The notes beneath the pieces are model-generated. The model saw nothing but the letters and a program-made list of their open reading frames with translations, was not told the origin of the DNA and did not search any database. Source: an uncultured Pelagibacteraceae bacterium (GTDB lineage Bacteria; Pseudomonadota; Alphaproteobacteria; Pelagibacterales; AG-422-B15). Taken from it: a stretch of 64,000 bases of DNA. This document shows, piece by piece, positions 57,591 to 64,000 of this stretch. The stretch spans positions 6,740-70,739 of the forward strand of contig CACEZK010000003.1 of assembly GCA_902564025.1 (NCBI GenBank). The letters run 5' to 3'. Numbering within the stretch: the stretch's first letter is position 1; each line of letters begins with the position of its first letter. The position numbers were made by a program, and so were the translations under genes.

Positions 57591-59081
57591 ATGGGTCTCG
57601 CTCTAAATGATGTGATGGAAAAAAAATCATCTCTGGATTTTAAAAATCAGGCTTTTATTAATGGAAACTATATAAATTCAGTAACAGGTAAAACGTTTGA
57701 GAGCATTAGCCCTGTTGATGGATCAATAATAACTAGCGTTTCAGAATGCGATGTTGAGGATATAAACATAGCTGTCAAAGCTGCGCGCGATGTATTTGAA
57801 AAAGGGTCATGGTCTAGAATGGCTCCTTCAAAAAGAAAAAAAATTCTCTTTAATTTCGCTGACTTAATGAAAAAAAACATTTTAGAGCTTGGCTTGCTAG
57901 AAACTTTAAACATGGGTAAGCCTATAACTAGAGCAACAGGCGATATAGCGGCATGTATTAATTGTACAAAATGGTATGCTGAGGCAATTGATAAACTTTA
58001 TGATGATGTAGCTCCAACAAGTGATAATTTGATTGCCACTATCACAAAAGAACCTCTGGGTGTAGTTGGAGCAGTAACTCCTTGGAACTTTCCTTTATTA
58101 ATGGCTTGTTGGAAATTTGCACCTGCGTTAGCAACTGGAAATAGTTTTATTTTAAAGCCTGCAGAACAATCACCTTTATCTGCATTAAGAGTTGCGGAAC
58201 TAGCAATGGAGGCTGGTATTCCAGAAGGAGTCTTCAATGTAGTACCAGGTTATGGTCCTACTGCAGGAAAAGCATTAGGGACTCACATGGATGTTGATAA
58301 ACTTGGATTTACTGGATCTACTGAAGTTGGAAGATATTTTTTATCTTACGCAGGTGAGTCCAACATGAAGAGGGTTTCACTGGAGTGTGGAGGAAAGTCT
58401 CCAAATATAATATTTGCAGATGCACCTGATTTAGACCACGCTGCAAAAATGGCAGCTGATGGCATGTTTGGAAACAGTGGTCAGGTATGTGATGCGCCCT
58501 CAAGGTTACTACTTCAAAAATCGATAAAAGACGAATTTTTAGAAAAAGTTGTAAGCTACTCTCAACCTTGGATGCCAGGTAATCCGTTTGACCCAAACAC
58601 TTTAATGGGCTCAATAGTTGATAAAACTCAAACTGAAAGAATAATGAATTATATAGATAAAGGTAAATCTGAAGGCGCGAGTGTTATAACTGGTGGTGAC
58701 CAGGTGCTTCAAGACTCAGGTGGCTACTACGTCAGCCCCACGGTCTTTAAAGATGTTCAAAATTCAATGACTGTTGCTAAAGAGGAAATTTTTGGACCAG
58801 TATTATGTGCCATAGATTTTGAAAATGAAGATGAAGCTCTTCAAATAGCAAATGATACTCATTATGGACTTAATGCGATGATATGGTCTAATGACTTGAA
58901 TAAAGTACATAAGCTTGCAAAAAGAATTAAAAGTGGAAAAGTTCTGATAAATAGTTTGAGCGATGGAGATATGTCTTTACCTCACGGCGGATACAAGCAG
59001 TCAGGTTCTGGAAGAGATAAATCCTTGGAAGCTTTTGGCCAATATACTCAAACAAAACTTACATTGATAGAAATTAAGTAA
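57591..59081 (+). CDS. NAD(P)+ aldehyde dehydrogenase (PuuC / aminoaldehyde dehydrogenase-like)
   Basis: FTGSTEVG, ECGGKSP (catalytic Cys), EEIFGPV; 496 aa. Confidence 0.85.
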   Translation: MGLALNDVMEKKSSLDFKNQAFINGNYINSVTGKTFESISPVDGSIITSVSECDVEDINIAVKAARDVFEKGSWSRMAPSKRKKILFNFADLMKKNILELGLLETLNMGKPITRATGDIAACINCTKWYAEAIDKLYDDVAPTSDNLIATITKEPLGVVGAVTPWNFPLLMACWKFAPALATGNSFILKPAEQSPLSALRVAELAMEAGIPEGVFNVVPGYGPTAGKALGTHMDVDKLGFTGSTEVGRYFLSYAGESNMKRVSLECGGKSPNIIFADAPDLDHAAKMAADGMFGNSGQVCDAPSRLLLQKSIKDEFLEKVVSYSQPWMPGNPFDPNTLMGSIVDKTQTERIMNYIDKGKSEGASVITGGDQVLQDSGGYYVSPTVFKDVQNSMTVAKEEIFGPVLCAIDFENEDEALQIANDTHYGLNAMIWSNDLNKVHKLAKRIKSGKVLINSLSDGDMSLPHGGYKQSGSGRDKSLEAFGQYTQTKLTLIEIK

Positions 59082-59084
59082 TTA

Positions 59085-59750
59085 GTGTCATATAATTTAT
59101 CTGATGGCCTTCAAAAGCAAATAAGCAAAGCTACTCTTTTAAAGAATAAACCACTGCTTATAACTGATGCTGATGAAGTCTTATTAAATTTCGTAAAATG
59201 CTTTGAAATTTATTTAGAAAAAAAAGGATTTTGGTATGACCTAACTTCATACGCTCTTTTTGGAAATATAAAACAAAAAGGAACTAATGAAGCGCTATCT
59301 AATGAAGTTATACTTGAATATTTAGATGATTTTTTTCGAACAGAGTCAAAAGACATAACTTTTGTTGAAGGATCAATACACTTTATCAATAAACTTCTGG
59401 ATTCTAATTTTCAAATTTTAGTGCTGACTAATATTCCATTCAAATATTTGGATGATAGAAAGTATTGTTTTCAAAAAAATGGTCTTAATCTTCAAATAAT
59501 TGCCGGAAATGGACCAAAAGGGTTGGTAATTAAAGAATTAATTAGAGACTTTAATGAAAAAGTTTTTTTTATAGATGATTTAGCTCCCCACATATCCTCC
59601 GTAAAAGAAGAAGTATCAAGATCTAAAACTATTCATTACATATCTGATGAACGATTATCTAAACTTGCAGTTTCGCCGAAAGAGGCGGATTTTCGTGCAT
59701 ATAGTTGGAAAGATATATATAATTTTCTAATTAATGAAGTTAGCAGATAA
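59085..59750 (+). CDS. HAD-superfamily hydrolase-like protein, unknown specificity
   Basis: GTG start. LLITDADEVLL (DxDx motif I), VLTNIP (motif II), GPKG (Lys), FFIDDL (motif IV). Confidence 0.5.
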   Translation: MSYNLSDGLQKQISKATLLKNKPLLITDADEVLLNFVKCFEIYLEKKGFWYDLTSYALFGNIKQKGTNEALSNEVILEYLDDFFRTESKDITFVEGSIHFINKLLDSNFQILVLTNIPFKYLDDRKYCFQKNGLNLQIIAGNGPKGLVIKELIRDFNEKVFFIDDLAPHISSVKEEVSRSKTIHYISDERLSKLAVSPKEADFRAYSWKDIYNFLINEVSR

Positions 59751-60198
59751 AATACTCGAAGTAGAAAAAGATTATAAGCAATTTAAACTTATAACTCTTG
59801 GAAATTATTTGCCTTTTAAAAAAATAGGCAACTTAGTTTATGTATCTGGGCAACTTCCTATAAAAGATGGAAAAATTATAACTGGCAAAGTTCCATCAGA
59901 AACTGACATTAAGGAGGCATCATATGGATCACGCATATGTATGCTTAATACTTTGTCTATATTACATCAACTGAACCCTTCGTGTGAACTTAATGATTTT
60001 AATTGTATTCATGTTGCTGGATACGTAAATGCTGATCATTCATTTTCTGACCATCCTTTAGTCATCAATGGTGCATCAGATGTTGTTTGCGATATTATGG
60101 GAGAAAAAGGAAAGCATTCAAGAATTGCGGTGGGAGCAAACTCTCTTCCAAAAAATGCTAGTGTTGAAGTTGCATCAATATTTGAAATTCTGAAATAA
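59734..60198 (+). CDS. RidA/YjgF/UK114-family protein
   Basis: VYVSGQLP..., SRIAVGANSLPKNASVEV; 154 aa. Confidence 0.75.
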   Translation: MKLADKILEVEKDYKQFKLITLGNYLPFKKIGNLVYVSGQLPIKDGKIITGKVPSETDIKEASYGSRICMLNTLSILHQLNPSCELNDFNCIHVAGYVNADHSFSDHPLVINGASDVVCDIMGEKGKHSRIAVGANSLPKNASVEVASIFEILK

Positions 60199-60884
60199 TG
60201 AGTCCTTTTCTTGATCGTCCGATTGCCCATAGAGGGCTTCATGATAAAAAATTAATTATTGAAAATTCTTTGGAAGCATTTGAAAATGCAATGAAACACA
60301 ACCTTGCAATAGAATGTGATATTGTCTTATCTAAGGATAAAGAAATTATAGTATTTCATGATTACGATTTAAAAAGGATGTGTGGAATAGATTCTAATAT
60401 TAATGATCTAAGTACAAACGAAATAAGAAAACTAAAACTTTTAGACACAGATTGTAAAATACCCTCACTTGATGAGATGCTGCATTTAGTAGATGGCCAA
60501 ACACCTATATTAATTGAAGTAAAATCTGGTTTTAATCCTGAAATTGAAGAAAGATTAATCGAAATAATTCGAGCTTACAACGGAGAAATTGCTTTGCAGT
60601 CATTTGATTATAAAATGTGTGAATGGTTTAAAATCAATGCTCCATTTTATAAAACAGGCCTAATAACTAGTAATGATAATATTGACTTTAAAGAGATTTC
60701 TCATCTCGGCATTAGTTTTTTAGCGGTTGATGTAGAAAAAATAAGCATCAGAAATATTCAAAGTATAAGGAAGGAAAATATTCCACTATTAACTTGGACA
60801 ATTAATAGTATGGAAAAATATAATTTGTCAAAGAAGTTTGCAGATAATATTATTTTTGAAGATATACATAATGAAATTAGTTAA
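60198..60884 (+). CDS. Glycerophosphodiester phosphodiesterase family protein (second copy in window)
   Basis: IAHRGLHD, ECDIVLSKDKEIIVFHD, LIEVK, TWTIN. Confidence 0.8.
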   Translation: MSPFLDRPIAHRGLHDKKLIIENSLEAFENAMKHNLAIECDIVLSKDKEIIVFHDYDLKRMCGIDSNINDLSTNEIRKLKLLDTDCKIPSLDEMLHLVDGQTPILIEVKSGFNPEIEERLIEIIRAYNGEIALQSFDYKMCEWFKINAPFYKTGLITSNDNIDFKEISHLGISFLAVDVEKISIRNIQSIRKENIPLLTWTINSMEKYNLSKKFADNIIFEDIHNEIS

Positions 60885-61704
60885 AAGTATAAAATATCTC
60901 AATAAAATCCTAGATCGATATAGAAGTGATGGTTTTAAAATTCACTTAACACCAACAATGGGAGCTTTGCATGGAGGACACTTAAAGTTAGTAAAGGAAT
61001 CAAAAAAAATAAAATCAATTGTTGTCGTTAGTATTTTTGTTAACCCTACACAATTTGGACCAAAAGAAGATTATAAAAATTACCCAAGGACGCTCAAAAA
61101 TGATCTTAAAGTCTTAAAAAAATACGGTGTTGATATTGTCTTCATTCCAATTAAGAAACAAATTCTCTCCCATAAAACAAAATATAATTGTCCACAGTTT
61201 GCAATTGAAAAACGACTATGTGGTAAATCAAGGCCAAAATACTTTCCAGGTGTTAAAAATATTGTACTTAAACTTTTTGATATAGTGCAACCAGACACGG
61301 CATTTTTTGGTGAAAAAGATTATCAACAATATTTGGTAATTAAAAAAATGACTGAGTCATTAAAATTAAACACAAGGATAATATGCGTTAAAACTGTTAG
61401 AGATAGAAATGGACTTCCACTTTCATCAAGAAATAACTATTTAAGTGGTCAGGAATTTAAAATTGCTATTAAAATCAACAAATTACTTAAAAAATTACCT
61501 CCATTGATTAGAACCAAGTTAAAGATTAATAAAATACTTAATCACACGAAAAAAGTCCTGATAGATCATGGTGTTGATAAAATTGATTATCTGACTGTAT
61601 TAAATGATGATCTCTCTATTCGAAAAAAAATAAGCGATAAATCAAGAATATTTATTGCGGCTAAAATAGGAAATACTCGATTAATTGACAATATAAAAAT
61701 CTAA
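60871..61704 (+). CDS. panC: Pantoate--beta-alanine ligase
   Basis: LTPTMGALHGGHLKLV, VSIFVNPTQFGP, FGEKDYQQ. I start at the internal MKLVKS (track start 60838). Confidence 0.92.
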   Translation: MKLVKSIKYLNKILDRYRSDGFKIHLTPTMGALHGGHLKLVKESKKIKSIVVVSIFVNPTQFGPKEDYKNYPRTLKNDLKVLKKYGVDIVFIPIKKQILSHKTKYNCPQFAIEKRLCGKSRPKYFPGVKNIVLKLFDIVQPDTAFFGEKDYQQYLVIKKMTESLKLNTRIICVKTVRDRNGLPLSSRNNYLSGQEFKIAIKINKLLKKLPPLIRTKLKINKILNHTKKVLIDHGVDKIDYLTVLNDDLSIRKKISDKSRIFIAAKIGNTRLIDNIKI

Positions 61705-63077
61705 AATAGATAAATTGAAGCGAGCCCTAGAAAAGATAAAAATCCAAATACATCAGTTATTGTTGTTACAAATACACTTGATGCCAAAGCGGGATCAATC
61801 TTAACTTTATTAAAAATATATGGAATTAGGAAACCAAACAAACCTGCAGATAAAATATTTATTACCATTGCTGCTCCAACAATTATAGATAAACTAAGAT
61901 CAGAAAACCAAATCCAAGCAGCAAACCCTGTTATAATCGCAAATAATATTCCGTTTAATACTGATATCGCAATTTCTTTGAAAAATACCTTTCTTCTATT
62001 ATTATCAACTAATTCTTTAGTTGCGATAGCTCTCACGGTAAGTGTTAACGTTTGTGTTCCTGCATTACCACCCATTGATGCAACAATTGGCATTAAAATC
62101 GCCAATGCTACCATTTTCTCAATACTGGCATCAAACAGACTTATTACATAAGATGCAAGAATTGCAGTTAATAAATTTAGAAATAACCATATAAATCGTC
62201 GCCTCGTTGATCTTCCAATGGATTGGTTCATCTCACTTTCTGAAACACCACCCAACCTCAAAATATCTTCCTCAGCTTCTTCTTGAACAACCCACACAAT
62301 ATCATCTGCCGTAATTCTTCCAATTAATCTATTTGAGTCATCGACAACTCCAGCTGACACCAAAGAGTATTGCTCAAAGAAAAGTGCTACTTCTTCTTGA
62401 TCCATCGATGCCTTAACAAATTTTGGGTTTTCTTCTAAAATTTCATTTAATTTTGTATCTCTACGTGACTTCAGAACTTTAGAAACTGAAGCGCTCCCCA
62501 ACGGTTTATTGCTCGGGTCAACAATAAAAAGTTCATAGAATTCATCGGGTAAGTCTATTTGTTCTCTTAAATGGTCAATGGCCTGCCCTACTGTCCAAAA
62601 GCCTGGCATTGAAACAAATTCTTTTTGCATTCTTCTTCCAGCAGTATCTTCAGGGTAATTAAGACTTTCTTGTAAAATTTCTCTCTCTGTGGGGTTTACT
62701 TGGTCTAAAATTTTCTTTTGAGCTGCTGGCTCCAAAGACTCAATGAGATTAATTGCATCATCTGTCTCCATCTCGCTGATGGAGCGAACTACTTTAGTGT
62801 CCTCTAATTCTTGAACTGTTTCATCAATAATAGTATCATCTAGCTCAGCAAGAACATCTGTATGGCGGTCTTCACTAAGATTATTAAGAATGTAAGATCG
62901 TTGCTCTTTACTAAGAAAAGTAAAGAGATCAGCCAAATCTGCTGGATGAAGGGGAGAAATAATATTGTTTAGTTTATCTTTTTCTTTGTTATTGCAAAAA
63001 TTTATTACATCATTAATTAATTGATTATTAAATGTAATATTCTCATTTTGAGGAGGTTCATTTACAATATTATTCAT
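61701..63077 (-). CDS. mgtE: Magnesium transporter MgtE
   Basis: MgtE N-domain, CBS pair, C-terminal 5-TM domain (GGNAGTQ, ITDVFGF). Confidence 0.92.
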   Translation of the reverse strand: MNNIVNEPPQNENITFNNQLINDVINFCNNKEKDKLNNIISPLHPADLADLFTFLSKEQRSYILNNLSEDRHTDVLAELDDTIIDETVQELEDTKVVRSISEMETDDAINLIESLEPAAQKKILDQVNPTEREILQESLNYPEDTAGRRMQKEFVSMPGFWTVGQAIDHLREQIDLPDEFYELFIVDPSNKPLGSASVSKVLKSRRDTKLNEILEENPKFVKASMDQEEVALFFEQYSLVSAGVVDDSNRLIGRITADDIVWVVQEEAEEDILRLGGVSESEMNQSIGRSTRRRFIWLFLNLLTAILASYVISLFDASIEKMVALAILMPIVASMGGNAGTQTLTLTVRAIATKELVDNNRRKVFFKEIAISVLNGILFAIITGFAAWIWFSDLSLSIIVGAAMVINILSAGLFGFLIPYIFNKVKIDPALASSVFVTTITDVFGFLSFLGLASIYLF

Positions 63078-63120
63078 AATAAAAACATGTACATCAATTT
63101 AGGTTATTATCCAGAAAAAC

Positions 63121-63741
63121 ATGGAAATTAAGATAGATAATTCAGCTCAAGACTACTTAAAAAGTCTTAAATATATGGAAAATAGAGTGAATGAAATAAT
63201 TAAAAACCAGAATGACGAACTTGCTTGGCTCTTAAGTCATCCAGCGATATATACATCAGGATCTACTGATCATAAAAGTGACCTACTTAATAACAATAAA
63301 ATACCTGTAATTAAGACTAATCGGGGAGGAAAATATACTTACCATGGCCCTGGACAAAGAGTTGTCTACCTTATGATCGATTTAAATAATAGAAAAAAAG
63401 ACATTAAATTTTTTGTAAACCAAATTGAAAAATTGATCATAGAAATTTTAAGTAATTTTCACATTGTTGCAGAAGCAATACCTGATCACCATGGAGTATT
63501 CGTTAAAAAGGATAATGGTCAACTCTATAAAATTGCCAGTATTGGTCTAAAGGTAAAAAAATGGGTTACTTGCCATGGTTTTTCAATAAATATAAATCCA
63601 GATTTAAGTCACTACGAAGGTATCAAGCCATGTGGAATGAGTAGTAAATTTGTCACTAGTTTTTCAGATTTAGGTTATAATATAAAGAGTAAGGAAATTG
63701 ATAAAACAATTGAAAAAACTCTAATTAAATATTTTAATTAA
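63121..63741 (+). CDS. lipB: Octanoyltransferase LipB
   Basis: NRGGKYTYHGPGQRVVY, KIASIGLKV (Lys), CG. Confidence 0.92.
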   Translation: MEIKIDNSAQDYLKSLKYMENRVNEIIKNQNDELAWLLSHPAIYTSGSTDHKSDLLNNNKIPVIKTNRGGKYTYHGPGQRVVYLMIDLNNRKKDIKFFVNQIEKLIIEILSNFHIVAEAIPDHHGVFVKKDNGQLYKIASIGLKVKKWVTCHGFSININPDLSHYEGIKPCGMSSKFVTSFSDLGYNIKSKEIDKTIEKTLIKYFN

Positions 63742-63742
63742 A

Positions 63743-64000
63743 ATGAACTTTATTTCTGTAAAAAATAATAAAAAAACTATAAATCTCAAAAATAAAAATA
63801 AGAACTATGAAGTAAATGCTCAATGGCTTTATGAGCATAGCACAAACAGCGACATAAGAGATAATTATACAAATCAACTTTTAATAGAAGCGGCGGAGAT
63901 AGATGAACATTTGTACATTAAATCAGCCAAAATAAACAAAAATGTTTTACAAATTCAATTTTCAGATAATTCAAAACATTTGTATCAATTTGGCTATCTC
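63743..64000 (+). CDS. Gamma-butyrobetaine hydroxylase-like / TauD-family dioxygenase, N-terminal (DUF971-like) part only; runs off right edge
   Basis: Own translation: MNFISVKNNKKTINLKNKNKNYEVNAQWLYEHSTNSDIRDNYTNQLLIEAAEIDEHLYIKSAKINKNVLQIQFSDNSKHLYQFGYL. The pattern (..F.A.WLR.. then Q.L.... then L.I.FSDG..) resembles GBBH N-terminal domains. Confidence 0.4.
   Translation, partial: MNFISVKNNKKTINLKNKNKNYEVNAQWLYEHSTNSDIRDNYTNQLLIEAAEIDEHLYIKSAKINKNVLQIQFSDNSKHLYQFGYL

Noticed and set aside
1-64000. Search by eye for CRISPR arrays, transposases or integrases, phage genes, tRNA-flanked islands, toxin-antitoxin or defence gene pairs
   Set aside because: None found. Both tRNAs are flanked by housekeeping genes with no integrase or direct-repeat signature that I could see. 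Every sizeable ORF has a housekeeping or metabolic assignment. Intergenic space is too small to hide an array.

Overview
AT-rich (about 30% GC by eye), almost gap-free core-genome segment. Gene content and synteny fit a streamlined marine alphaproteobacterium (Pelagibacterales/SAR11-like). I support about 71 CDS, 2 tRNAs (Glu-UUC, Ser-GCU), one clear TPP riboswitch, one structured metY leader (candidate SAM-type riboswitch/attenuator), one intrinsic terminator and two weak regulatory-site candidates. Recognisable blocks: thiB-thiP behind the TPP riboswitch; an alternative oxidase cluster; recJ-glpX-hom-argC-rpsI-rplM; metY; ctaA; ihfA-merR-rpmG; plsX; H+-PPase; nusB-ribH-ribBA-ribE-ribD-nrdR-glyA-rpiB; hemB; a long minus-strand run dapA-smpB-folK-spoT-pyrE-pdxJ-acpS-lepB-rnc-era-recO-parC; slt; gatCAB; ruvX-pyrB-plsY-topA; an ALDH-HAD-RidA-GDPD-panC cluster; mgtE; lipB. 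Many neighbours overlap by 1-32 nt. I see no transposase, integrase, prophage, CRISPR array, toxin-antitoxin pair or defence island, and no convincing novel multi-gene system. The best leads are modest: (1) a large secreted S8 protease open at the left edge and absent from the supplied ORF track; (2) the TPP-riboswitch operon thiB-thiP, which lacks an ATPase gene and is translationally coupled to an NhaD-like permease; (3) the metY leader, with a terminator bracketed by a long-range helix; (4) the ALDH...panC cluster, a possible beta-alanine/pantothenate link; (5) a RibBX-type degenerate GTP cyclohydrolase II domain; (6) the AOX-DUF4149-small protein cluster with an upstream palindrome. Coordinates derived by hand (RNAs, motifs) may be off by 1-2 nt.
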